Assembly: GCA_964016885.1 (NCBI GenBank)
Contig: OZ024742.1
Location: forward strand, 109,120,001 to 109,184,000
Direction of reading: 5' to 3'
DNA: 64,000 bases
Origin: Eledone cirrhosa
Taxonomy: Eukaryota
Made by a program: the position numbers and the translations under genes. The notes under the pieces were generated by a model that was not told where the DNA came from, made no database searches, and saw only the letters and a list, made by a program, of their open reading frames with translations. Of this stretch, positions 22,948 to 32,741 are shown one piece after another. Each line of letters opens with the position of its first letter. The stretch's first letter is position 1.

Positions 22948-25916
22948 TGCATTTATCTTGCTTTATGTTTATACGAGTTATCACCAAGTCACAACCAGTG
23001 ACCTCAAGAGACAACAAGGTCCGCCATGTTCAAGAAAGAACACACATATTCACACATGCATCCTTAGTGTTTAGACTTGTGATGTACTTATATTGACAGG
23101 ATCTTCCTTAGTATATGGGCAGTTCCCATTAGTACTATCTTTTGTATTTCTCCTATACGCGGGTTTCCTGGGATTTGCGATAAGTAGTCGTTAGACCCCT
23201 TAGGTATCATTCCCAGAGCGCCTACAACCACTGGTATTGTTTTAGTTCTCAATTTCCACATTTTTCCAATTTCTATCTCCAGGTCCTTATACTTGCTCAA
23301 TTTTTCAAATGTTTTTATAGATACATTCTTGTCTATTGGAACAGACATATCAATTAGCAGGCATACCCTCCTTTGAAAGTCCTTCAATATTATATCAGGT
23401 CTATTTGCATCTATTTTTCGGTCTGTTTGGATGCTAAAGTTCCACAAGATTGAGATGTGATCTTTTTCAAGTATGGGAGGTGGTTGATGCTCCCACCAAT
23501 TCTTTTGATGGGGCAGGTCAAAATGCTTGCACATTATCCAATGTATGTATTGTGCAGCTCTGTCATGCCTGTTTAGGTATTCGGTTGGAGCTATAGGACT
23601 GCACATTGAAATTATATGGTCAATGGTCTCTGGTTGTTTTTTGCATACACGGCATAATGGGCTGCACCCATTTTTTATTATGTTGGCTTGGTAATTTTTT
23701 GTTGGCAGACACTGATCTTGTGCGGATATAATCAGTCCTTCAGTCTCCGATTTCAGTCCAGAGGATGCCAACCACTGATGGGTTAAAGTTTTGTCAACAT
23801 CAGGATTGTTAGCTCGCTCTGGGTATTTTCCATACAGAGGCTTTTCTTGCCATTTCTTAGCCAGTTTCTGTAGCAGTTCTTTCTTTGCAGTTACTTTTAC
23901 CTGCTTTGCTTTTTCTGTGTTTTCCATTTCAGCAGTAAATGGGACTTCTGAAATTTGTAGTCCATTACTGTATCTTTGTGCATCTTTTGTAATGGAATAT
24001 GATCTTTTGGTGCTTTCGTGTTTCAAAACGAGTTTGATCATCCAATCATGTGATTCCCTTAGATATGTGGATAATCCAATTGTTGCAGTTTTCAACGCAA
24101 TGTCTAACTGGATTAACCCACGTCCTCCTTCTTTCCTAGGGAGATATATTCTATCTATGTCTGCCTTAGGGTGATGCATTCTGTGCATGGTTAAGAATTT
24201 TCGGATTTTTGTATCGAGCCTACGGATCTCTGTGCTTGACCAGTTGATGACATTGTAACTGTAGGTTACTACTGGTATGGCAAGCGTGTTTATGGCATCG
24301 ATCCTATTCCTTGCATTCAATTCCGTTCTTAAGATTGCTCTGACTCTGCGGTAACATTCCTTCCTTATCCTTTCCCTCATTGTCGAGTGCTTGATTCCGT
24401 CTCCTTCACAAACACCTAGATATTTGTAAGTTTGTTCTTGATCAAGCTCTCTTATCACGTTCCCCCGATCAAGATTAATGTCTGAACTCTTCAGCAGCTT
24501 TCCTCTGGTGAACGTTGCTTTGGCGCATTTATGCAGTCCAAACTCCATTTTAATGTCATCACTGAACTGCTTCACAGTGGATAATAGCCCTTGCAATTGT
24601 TCATCATTTTTTGCAAATAGTTTCAGGTCATCCATGTAGAACAGGTGATTAATGGTTTTGTCATAGACTCTATATCCATGTTTTGTTTCATTGAGCATTT
24701 TACTTAATGGTATAAGTGCGATGCAGAATAAAAGCGGTGATAAAGAGTCACCCTGAAAAATTCCACAATTAATGTTAACTTCTACAGCTTCCAGTGATTT
24801 TGTTTCACTATTCAAAAGGAGTGTCGTTCTCCATGTCCTCATACTGAATGACAAAAACCTCCTGATAACGGGGGATATTTTGAAAATCTCTAAACATTTT
24901 TCAATCCAACTGTGTGGCAAACTATCAAATGCTTTTTTATAATCTATCCAAGCGATCGATAGATTTTTGTGTCTATTATGACAATCTTCCAGTATCATTT
25001 TGTTAACCAGAAGCAGATCCTTACAGCCATATGAGCCTCGTTTACACCCTTTCTGCTCAATGGGAAATAGGTCATTTGTTATCAGGTGGTCATATGTGTA
25101 TTCAGTTAGGACTGATGTTAAAATTTTATACATTGTGGTCAAGCAGGTTATCGGTCTGTAATTTTTGGGATTGTTTGTCTCATCATTCTTCGGTAGCAGG
25201 AATGTAATGCCGTTAACTAGCCATGATGGTATCTTTTCTGGCTCCTTAACTATTTCATTGTAAAGTTGGGCTAACAGCTCATGAGACTCTGTGAAGGCAT
25301 TTATCCAAAAGTTTTGTATTTTGTCTTTTCCTGGGGATTTCCATTTGCTGGTTTTTCTTATAGCCAAGCGCAGCTGTTCAACTGTTATATTTTCCCATGT
25401 TTGTTCTTCAAGGTGAGCTGTTTCTTTCATTTGTCTGTCTATCCATGGGGCATGTATGTTATGAACTTTTTCTTCGGCCCAGATCTTTTCCCAGAATTCT
25501 TGCACTTCCTCCTTGGGTGGTATTGATTTAGCAGTTATTGTTGACTTACCAATTTTTCTGTAGAAGTTTCTTTGGTTGTTTTTGAACATATTATTGTCCT
25601 TATAGAATCTAGATCGTTTTTCAAAGCGCCTTATACGAGCAGCTTTGGCCGACACTTTTTGCTTGATTGTTTCTATCAGCATGTCTATGTCACATGTTGA
25701 TCTTATACTGTACTTTTTTTTCAATTTTCTAAGTTTAGTTTGTTTAACATGTTCACCTACTTTATAGTTTGTTAAAATTTCTATGTCAGATCGGAGAAGG
25801 TTTATTTGGCGATTGATGTTATCTTGCCAAGTAGATTTCTTGTGGGAATTCCTTTGTTTTTTCATCTTCACTCCACATAAGTGAGTGGTGACTTTAGCCG
25901 ATGCATAATAGAGATG
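22948..25916 (-). mobile_element. R4/Dong-like RLE non-LTR retrotransposon, 5'-truncated, flanked on both sides by (TAA)n
   Basis: Single ORF plus about 140-nt 3' UTR; (ATT)n at 22921-22947 and 25917-25969. Dong elements are known to target TAA repeats. Confidence 0.88.
23088..25916 (-). CDS. Reverse transcriptase + CCHC + restriction-like endonuclease (942 uninterrupted codons, N-terminus missing)
   Basis: NYRPITCL, IDYKKAFDS, GIFQGDSLSP, HLFYMDDLK, GGRGL, CRVC..ETIDHIISMC, RHD, RPDI..IDMS, KLSKY. Confidence 0.92.
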   Translation of the reverse strand, partial: HLYYASAKVTTHLCGVKMKKQRNSHKKSTWQDNINRQINLLRSDIEILTNYKVGEHVKQTKLRKLKKKYSIRSTCDIDMLIETIKQKVSAKAARIRRFEKRSRFYKDNNMFKNNQRNFYRKIGKSTITAKSIPPKEEVQEFWEKIWAEEKVHNIHAPWIDRQMKETAHLEEQTWENITVEQLRLAIRKTSKWKSPGKDKIQNFWINAFTESHELLAQLYNEIVKEPEKIPSWLVNGITFLLPKNDETNNPKNYRPITCLTTMYKILTSVLTEYTYDHLITNDLFPIEQKGCKRGSYGCKDLLLVNKMILEDCHNRHKNLSIAWIDYKKAFDSLPHSWIEKCLEIFKISPVIRRFLSFSMRTWRTTLLLNSETKSLEAVEVNINCGIFQGDSLSPLLFCIALIPLSKMLNETKHGYRVYDKTINHLFYMDDLKLFAKNDEQLQGLLSTVKQFSDDIKMEFGLHKCAKATFTRGKLLKSSDINLDRGNVIRELDQEQTYKYLGVCEGDGIKHSTMRERIRKECYRRVRAILRTELNARNRIDAINTLAIPVVTYSYNVINWSSTEIRRLDTKIRKFLTMHRMHHPKADIDRIYLPRKEGGRGLIQLDIALKTATIGLSTYLRESHDWMIKLVLKHESTKRSYSITKDAQRYSNGLQISEVPFTAEMENTEKAKQVKVTAKKELLQKLAKKWQEKPLYGKYPERANNPDVDKTLTHQWLASSGLKSETEGLIISAQDQCLPTKNYQANIIKNGCSPLCRVCKKQPETIDHIISMCSPIAPTEYLNRHDRAAQYIHWIMCKHFDLPHQKNWWEHQPPPILEKDHISILWNFSIQTDRKIDANRPDIILKDFQRRVCLLIDMSVPIDKNVSIKTFEKLSKYKDLEIEIGKMWKLRTKTIPVVVGALGMIPKGSNDYLSQIPGNPRIGEIQKIVLMGTAHILRKILSI

Positions 25917-25970
<54 letters not shown>

Positions 25971-26190
25971 GTTGCATTTATCTTGCTTTATGTTCATACG
26001 AGTTATCACCAAGTCACAACCAGTGACCTCAAGAGACAACAAGCTCCGCCATGTTCAAGGAAGAACATACATACTCACACATGCATCTTTAGGTGTTTAG
26101 ACTTGTGATGTACTTATATTGACAGAATCTTCCTTGGTATATGGGCAGTTCCCATTAGTACTATCATTTGTATTTCTCCTTATACGCGGG
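25971..26190 (-). mobile_element. 220-bp 3' stub of the same R4/Dong-like family
   Basis: Matches 22948-23165 with scattered substitutions; flanked by (ATT)n on both sides. Confidence 0.92.
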
Positions 26191-26426
26191 TTTATTATTA
26201 TTATGATTATTGAATGCCATGGTTGACGGAGGCTCGGCTCTGTAAGGTATAGTAATTTTTAACCGTTAAAACAATTGTAAATTGTTTAAAACTTGAACCA
26301 AATTGTTGATAAAGACACCCTCCTCCTCGTGAGAGGGGTCTTTCTGTCCGTTATTTGGCCCTTCGGGGTTAAATAACCAGTTATTGGGGTTTTGTACCCA
26401 AAATTTCATTTTAAACAAAAAACAAC

Positions 26427-28523
26427 ATGGCTACGAAAAAGAAATTTCATACGTCACTCCCACTCATTCCGTCTTCTTCTTCCTCAATCATCACTACAGC
26501 AGAGAGAAGATTGTCTCTCTCCCTCCCTTCTTTAAATGTGTCTCTCTCCCTCCCTTCTCTTTCGCAAGTGACGAAAGAAAAGAAAAGTCTCGTGCAAAGC
26601 GTGCAAGGTTTCTCCACGACGACGACGACAGCGACGAAACAGGTGTGCGGGAAATACGAAAACCCAGTTCATTCGTCTGACGTCAGGAATAATAGCAGTA
26701 GCAGCCGTAATAACAACAGCAACAGTGACAATGAAAACAACAGTAGCAGCCCCAACAGCATCACCAGCAGCATAAACAACAACAGCATTAGCAGCAGCAA
26801 CACCAACAACAACCACAGCAACAGCGGCGGAGGCAGTAGTCGTAGTACCTGCAGTAACAACAAAAGTACCAGCAGCTCTGACGACAACAACAACAGCAGA
26901 GAAAAACCAATCTCATTTGCAGGTATTGCGAAAAACTTGGAAACAATCCTCATAACAAATGAGGAATTAGAGGAAGCGAAGAAGATGGTGACAAAGAACG
27001 GACACCGAGCAATCTGCAAGGCAGCGAAAAATTTTTTCGAAACCCAAGAGCACTGTACGGTCACGTACCGTACAGTAAGTACAAAATCCCGTAGGGTGGA
27101 AAGAGCCACAGAGGCCCAAATACAAAAAGCCTTGGGGTCTGTGTGGCAGAGGAAAACGCACATCACCCGAGGCAAAAAATACGCCACCGTAGACGTACTT
27201 TTTGCCACACCCCAGGAGGCAAAGGCCCAATCAGTAGTGACCCTAAGGAGCGAGGAAATGGTGTTGGTGCCCTCCTACTGCGGGCAAAAAATTGTGAGGG
27301 TCAAACTGACCCACGTCCCCCCCGGAATGACCCCTTCTTGGCTGGCCGCGTCTGTCCTCGTCGGAATCGAGGACAAAACAACTGTACTGCAAGTACAGAA
27401 AAAAGTAAGAGAAGATTGGGTCGGCTCCTTCATTGAGATGCTAATCCAAACCAACCAGGAGTGCATCGAAGCTATCCCGGATGTGATAGACTTCGATAAC
27501 GGCACTCAACTGCCCATAAGTGTTGAGGGCAAACGCCCGAAATGCTTTCGCTGTGGATCGAAGACTCACCTCAGGGCCTTCTGCAACGAGAAGACCCTGA
27601 GAAAGGAGAAAACCCCCCTCCTTCCGAATCCGGCTCCACGGCTACCAGCAACAGGACAAGCGGCAACCAGGAACGATAGGCCCGTGGCACCCATACCCAC
27701 TCCACGGAAATCAAAAACAGCAGCAGCAGTGGAAATACTAACAACAACAACAGCAATACCAAATGCAGCTGCAACAGAGACTCCAGTGCAAACATCACCA
27801 ACAACAACAAGTGAAAGAGTGGAGTTGGTACCCCTCCCCGACCTCACAGAATCAGACATGGAGTGTGAGGTGGGAGAGAGATGGCAAAAGGTCGTAAGAA
27901 GGCACAAACGCAGAAGCAGCGCATCGTCGCCTTTGAAAAGGGAGGAAAGAAATGAGAAAAGGGTAAAGTCTACTGCAAAGAGACCCACAGCAGCAACAAC
28001 ACCAACACCATCACCACCCACACCAGCACCACCATCACCACCGGCGACAACCCCACCGCCAACAACACCTTCAACACCACCACCACAAGCACCAACATCG
28101 CAAACACAACAACAAAACACACACACCCAGCAACAACGACAAGAAAATAGCAGAACCACACCCCACCCCCAGAAAAACAAATGCACGGCAATAAATACAC
28201 ACAACAAGAAACTAATGACTTACATAATTGAACACACAGACATTTCACAACAGGACTACATAATACCAGCACCAATCAAAACGCCAACTAACATAAGACT
28301 GCTAAAAATAGCACAGAAACAATACACAAATATTAAAACGAAATTCCCCAACGCAGTTGGTGATTTCAGGGACCTAGGAGGAACCATCAATCGAAGAGTA
28401 TACTCAGACATTCTCTTAGAAGAGCCGATGACCAGCCGAAGGGACGATTCAACGGTCCCTTCACCAGAGGATCAAGTGAAAAGGGATGTAAAAACCATCC
28501 CTCCTCTACCAAAAGTACGGTAA
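26427..28523 (+). CDS. Tx1 ORF1 nucleic-acid-binding protein, 698 aa
   Basis: CCHC knuckle CFRCGSKTHLRAFC; N/S-rich N-terminus and P/T/Q-rich C-terminus; directly upstream of ORF2. Confidence 0.88.
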   Translation: MATKKKFHTSLPLIPSSSSSIITTAERRLSLSLPSLNVSLSLPSLSQVTKEKKSLVQSVQGFSTTTTTATKQVCGKYENPVHSSDVRNNSSSSRNNNSNSDNENNSSSPNSITSSINNNSISSSNTNNNHSNSGGGSSRSTCSNNKSTSSSDDNNNSREKPISFAGIAKNLETILITNEELEEAKKMVTKNGHRAICKAAKNFFETQEHCTVTYRTVSTKSRRVERATEAQIQKALGSVWQRKTHITRGKKYATVDVLFATPQEAKAQSVVTLRSEEMVLVPSYCGQKIVRVKLTHVPPGMTPSWLAASVLVGIEDKTTVLQVQKKVREDWVGSFIEMLIQTNQECIEAIPDVIDFDNGTQLPISVEGKRPKCFRCGSKTHLRAFCNEKTLRKEKTPLLPNPAPRLPATGQAATRNDRPVAPIPTPRKSKTAAAVEILTTTTAIPNAAATETPVQTSPTTTSERVELVPLPDLTESDMECEVGERWQKVVRRHKRRSSASSPLKREERNEKRVKSTAKRPTAATTPTPSPPTPAPPSPPATTPPPTTPSTPPPQAPTSQTQQQNTHTQQQRQENSRTTPHPQKNKCTAINTHNKKLMTYIIEHTDISQQDYIIPAPIKTPTNIRLLKIAQKQYTNIKTKFPNAVGDFRDLGGTINRRVYSDILLEEPMTSRRDDSTVPSPEDQVKRDVKTIPPLPKVR

Positions 28524-28558
28524 GTGGTCTTTCCCATCTTTTCCACTCTATTTTAAAC

Positions 28559-31500
28559 ATGACCTCACTCAGAATAGGCAGCATAAATGCGCGTGGCTTG
28601 GGGTCGTCATGGAAGCAGGGTCACCTGCTCAACGACCTCAGGTCACTAAACATAGATGTAGTGGCCATCAGCGAGACCAGAATCTCCGAAGCACGGGCCT
28701 TCGCACCGATCTTCGGCGGCTACGATGTGTACGCATCTCCCAGCCGTCCTGGATCGGGTGGAGGAGTTGCTGTGCTTTTTCGGAGAGGTTTGGATCTCGC
28801 CATACGGGCCATCTTCCTGGACCCAGAGGGTAAGCTGGTGGTGCTGGACGTGACCAGCGGAGACGGGCAAGCTTTCAGGCTAGTGGCCGTCTATGCCCCG
28901 ACAGGAGCAGGGCGGCCTGATTTCTTCCGGCGTCTGGAGACCTTTCTTGGAACGTCCCGCTCTTTAGTGTTAGTGGGCGACTGGAACGGGATCTTAGATG
29001 CACGCTGGGACTGTGTGGGATTAGCGGATAGGGGTGGAGGGTGCAAGAGCCTCACCAACCTGCTCAGGCGTTTTGAACTGTCTGACAGGTACCGATTGGA
29101 TTTCCCGAATGTGCCAATGTGGACTTGGACAAACCGCATAGGGTCATCCAGATCATATCTAGATAGAGTATTTTGTAGGGAAATAGATAGGTCTAGCATA
29201 GGCTGTCCACAATTCAAGATAGTCAGCTACACGGACCACAAATTCGTGACCTGTGTGCTTGACTTAGATAGGCTTCATAGACGAGGACCCGGCTACTGGA
29301 AGCTAAACGCGTCCTTACCAGCGCGCAAGGCCTACAGAGACCGGATTAGCGAACTAGTTAAGCGGGCGTTGACCGGGGCCATCGTCAACAACAAGTGGTG
29401 GTTTGCTCTGAAAAGAGCGATTAGAATAGAATCGATTAGGTTTAGTAAGGCTTTAGCAATAGAGAAAAATAGAGCAGAGGGAGAACTAGTTAGAAAATTA
29501 GACGAGGCGCTTAGCAAAGGCATTGCGACCGACGTGCTTGCGGCGAAATTGGCCCTTGACCAATTCTTAAATGCAAAGCACGAAGGCTGCGTTGTCAGAG
29601 CTAGGGTGCGTGCTCTCAGACACGAGGGGACAAAAGCCGTTCAATGGGCCCGAGTGGCGGAGGCGCGTCGTGGCAACAAAGCCACGATCCGGTCTTTGGT
29701 GGACCACGACGGGCGCATGCTACTCGATCCCGGGCAAATGTGTGAAGCTTTTCAGCGACACTTCGCTCAGCTGTTCGGGGGCAGCGGGGGGCCGGGTAGA
29801 GGGATGGACTTTAGTGTCTACCTCGACGGACTGCCGCGGCTCTCGGCCACTGAGGCGAGGTGTTGCGAAAAGCCGATAACAGCCGCTGAAGTACGGGAGG
29901 CAATGACTGGCTGCACAAGGGGTAAATCGCCTGGTTTGGATGGTCTGCCCTATGAACTTTACGTACAGATGCCAGACTTGTTCGGAGGCCTCTTGGCGGA
30001 CGTCTACTGCAACTGGCAACAGAACGGGAGAATTCCCAGTTCTGTGAGCCGAGGTGCGGTGGCACTGCTGAGAAAGGATCCGAACAAGGGGGATAACATA
30101 GACAATTTCCGGCCCATAACTCTGCTAAACACAGAGTTTAAGATTTTGGCCAAGGTGCTAGCAAAGAGGTTGGCGCTTGTCGTTGGTGGTCTGGTGGGAG
30201 AGGCGCAGACATGCGCCATTCCCGACAGATCCATCCACGACAACCTCCACCTCATGCGATACATCGTAGAGAGGGTGGCTAGGGAACCTGGCACGGGTGG
30301 GTCCTTGATCAATTTAGATCAGTCGAAAGCTTTCGATAGGGTCGACCATCGTTACCTAGCGGCAGTCCTGAGGGCGGCTGGCTTTGGGCCCGTCTTCAGA
30401 GGCTGGATCGCTGCCATGCACAGCGACATCTGCTCTGTGGTGAGAGTGAACGGTCACCTGTCGGAACCGTTCAACATCATGCGCTCGGTCCGCCAAGGAT
30501 GTCCCCTCTCGTCCCTCTTGTACGTATTGACTCTCGAGCCATTACTGCACAAACTGGAGACGTTGAGGGGAGTCCCGCGCGAACTAGGATGCGGAAGATC
30601 CGTGTCAGCATATGCGGACGATGTCACCGTAGTGGTGTCGAACGCCAAACACATCGAGGCGATCGGCACTACACTAAGAGAATACGAAGCGGTGACAGGA
30701 GCAATGATCAACCAGGAAAAGTCAGTGGGCCTGCAGCTCGGCACCTGGAGAGGCAGGTCCATGCCGTCCAACAGCGTCGTCGGGCGCTGGACGGACGGAC
30801 CGGTTAAATTGCTAGGGGTCTGGTTCGGTCCGGACCTCCAGACGGACAAAAACTGGGACGAGGTGACGAGCAGGGTGGCTTCTCTCACCCAGAAATGGGC
30901 GGAGAGGAAGCTATCCCTGAAAGGTCGAGCGGAGGTGGCTAACGCGTACATCGCGTCTGTCATCTGCTACCGCCTAACCGTCGTACCTTGTCCTAAGCCT
31001 CGCCTGACTGCGCTGGAGCGTTTGCTCTTTCGCTTTTTGTGGAAGGGACGTGCTCCGATGGTCAGGCGGTCCATCTGTTGTCAAGACCCGCTACGTGGAG
31101 GGCTGGGCATGCCGTGGCTGATGATGCGCAGGCACGCGCTCAGGCTACGACATCTCCACCTCTTCCTCGACGGTGATCAGGTGTGGTCGCCGTTTGCTAG
31201 ACGCGTTTTTCCCCAGCTCGTTTCCTTGACGGAGCTGCAGTCCTGGGTCAAGCGAAGACCGAGAGGGAGCGCCTGGAGACTGGAATGTCTTCAGGCGCTC
31301 ACAGCCCTCGACCAATCGGGCAATGTGATCGGTGGAAACTCCACCTCGGCGTTCTATAGAGGATTAGTGGAGGGGAAGAGCGACGACGTACTTGGGGAAA
31401 CTCTAGGCGTCGACGAAAATCAACTAGCCAATCTCTTCGGAAGAACTTTCGGGCCAGGGCCTATGGACAACTTCCAGAAATCTCTGGCCTGGCAGTGCTA

Positions 31501-31978
31501 CCGAGGAGCCTTGCCAGTTCGGGATAAACTCTACAGGCATGGAGGTGCCGTCAGCCGGGCGTGTCCGAGATGCGCGCAGGGCGACGAAACCGTCCTGCAC
31601 GCACTCGTCCAGTGTCCGAAAATTGCTGACTTGTGGGTTTATGTCGAACACCTGCTGTCGCGTTTAGGACGGATCCAGCTATCATCTGAGTCTATCGTGA
31701 GGATTGCCCCGCCCTCCTCCTTTAGCCGGGAAGGGCAGGCAGTTTTTATCTGTCTGGTGGCCATGGCGAAAGAGATAGTATGGTGGACACGTTTGAAAGG
31801 GCTGAAGACGAGCACTTACCTCTTCGGTGATGCTCTGATTGACTTTTTCAAATTTCATTTGAAAAGGAAAATCAGAGTAGAGAGGGAAGTGCTCTCTTCC
31901 CAGCATTTTGTTGAAAGATGGGTGAGAGAAGCAAGAATGGCCCGAGTGAATGGGCCGACTCTGAGTATATATCTGTAA
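28559..31978 (+). CDS. Tx1 ORF2: APE endonuclease + reverse transcriptase + zinc finger, 1139 aa
   Basis: SINARGL, ISET, VYAP, VGDWN, YLDR, TDH, GYWKLN, KSPGLDGLP, NFRPITLLN, LDQSKAFDRV, VRQGCPLS, AYADD, CPRC..ETVLHALVQC. Confidence 0.96.
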   Translation: MTSLRIGSINARGLGSSWKQGHLLNDLRSLNIDVVAISETRISEARAFAPIFGGYDVYASPSRPGSGGGVAVLFRRGLDLAIRAIFLDPEGKLVVLDVTSGDGQAFRLVAVYAPTGAGRPDFFRRLETFLGTSRSLVLVGDWNGILDARWDCVGLADRGGGCKSLTNLLRRFELSDRYRLDFPNVPMWTWTNRIGSSRSYLDRVFCREIDRSSIGCPQFKIVSYTDHKFVTCVLDLDRLHRRGPGYWKLNASLPARKAYRDRISELVKRALTGAIVNNKWWFALKRAIRIESIRFSKALAIEKNRAEGELVRKLDEALSKGIATDVLAAKLALDQFLNAKHEGCVVRARVRALRHEGTKAVQWARVAEARRGNKATIRSLVDHDGRMLLDPGQMCEAFQRHFAQLFGGSGGPGRGMDFSVYLDGLPRLSATEARCCEKPITAAEVREAMTGCTRGKSPGLDGLPYELYVQMPDLFGGLLADVYCNWQQNGRIPSSVSRGAVALLRKDPNKGDNIDNFRPITLLNTEFKILAKVLAKRLALVVGGLVGEAQTCAIPDRSIHDNLHLMRYIVERVAREPGTGGSLINLDQSKAFDRVDHRYLAAVLRAAGFGPVFRGWIAAMHSDICSVVRVNGHLSEPFNIMRSVRQGCPLSSLLYVLTLEPLLHKLETLRGVPRELGCGRSVSAYADDVTVVVSNAKHIEAIGTTLREYEAVTGAMINQEKSVGLQLGTWRGRSMPSNSVVGRWTDGPVKLLGVWFGPDLQTDKNWDEVTSRVASLTQKWAERKLSLKGRAEVANAYIASVICYRLTVVPCPKPRLTALERLLFRFLWKGRAPMVRRSICCQDPLRGGLGMPWLMMRRHALRLRHLHLFLDGDQVWSPFARRVFPQLVSLTELQSWVKRRPRGSAWRLECLQALTALDQSGNVIGGNSTSAFYRGLVEGKSDDVLGETLGVDENQLANLFGRTFGPGPMDNFQKSLAWQCYRGALPVRDKLYRHGGAVSRACPRCAQGDETVLHALVQCPKIADLWVYVEHLLSRLGRIQLSSESIVRIAPPSSFSREGQAVFICLVAMAKEIVWWTRLKGLKTSTYLFGDALIDFFKFHLKRKIRVEREVLSSQHFVERWVREARMARVNGPTLSIYL

Positions 31979-32238
31979 ACTAAAGGTGGAAAACTGGGAG
32001 AGGGCACTTGCCTTGGTGGTCAGGGTCATTGTGGCTTTTTGCTGGGCTTTCTCCACAAATGTCCCTCCGAAGTCTCCCCCCTATTGGGGAATTTTTCATT
32101 GTTATTTTCATTGTTATTTTTGTTACATCCTCTGTTTTTGTTTTTTTACACGCAGAAATGCCCATTTGTACCGTCCTGCATTGTCCTGCACTGTCCTTAA
32201 TGTCTACTTTATGTAAACCCTTGTGGTTAATAAAGAAA

Positions 32239-32285
<47 letters not shown>

Positions 32286-32505
32286 GTTGCATTTATCTTG
32301 CTTTATGTTCATACGAGTTATCACCAAGTCACAACCAGTGACCTCAAGAGACAACAAGCTCCGCCATGTTCAAGGAAGAACATACATACTCACACATGCA
32401 TCTTTAGGTGTTTAGACTTGTGATGTACTTATATTGACAGAATCTTCCTTGGTATATGGGCAGTTCCCATTAGTACTATCATTTGTATTTCTCCTTATAC
32501 GCGGG
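32286..32505 (-). mobile_element. Second copy of the 220-bp R4/Dong 3' stub
   Basis: Identical by eye to 25971-26190 (offset 6315). Confidence 0.92.
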
Positions 32506-32741
32506 TTTATTATTATTATGATTATTGAATGCCATGGTTGACGGAGGCTCGGCTCTGTAAGGTATAGTAATTTTTAACCGTTAAAACAATTGTAAATTGT
32601 TTAAAACTTGAACCAAATTGTTGATAAAGACACCCTCCTCCTCGTGAGAGGGGTCTTTCTGTCCGTTATTTGGCCCTTCGGGGTTAAATAACCAGTTATT
32701 GGGGTTTTGTACCCAAAATTTCATTTTAAACAAAAAACAAC

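Larger units (their letters stand above)
26212..32240 (+). mobile_element. Full-length Tx1-like (L1 superfamily) LINE, copy 1
   Basis: 5' UTR, two intact ORFs, 3' UTR, pure (ATT)n tail at 32241-32285; (TTA)n 5' flank. Confidence 0.93.

Noticed and set aside
26311-26385. HDV-like ribozyme in the Tx1 5' UTR (tcctcgt resembles L3)
   Set aside because: P3 does not close around the loop, and no P1.1 GG or P1 partner is found in the right place.
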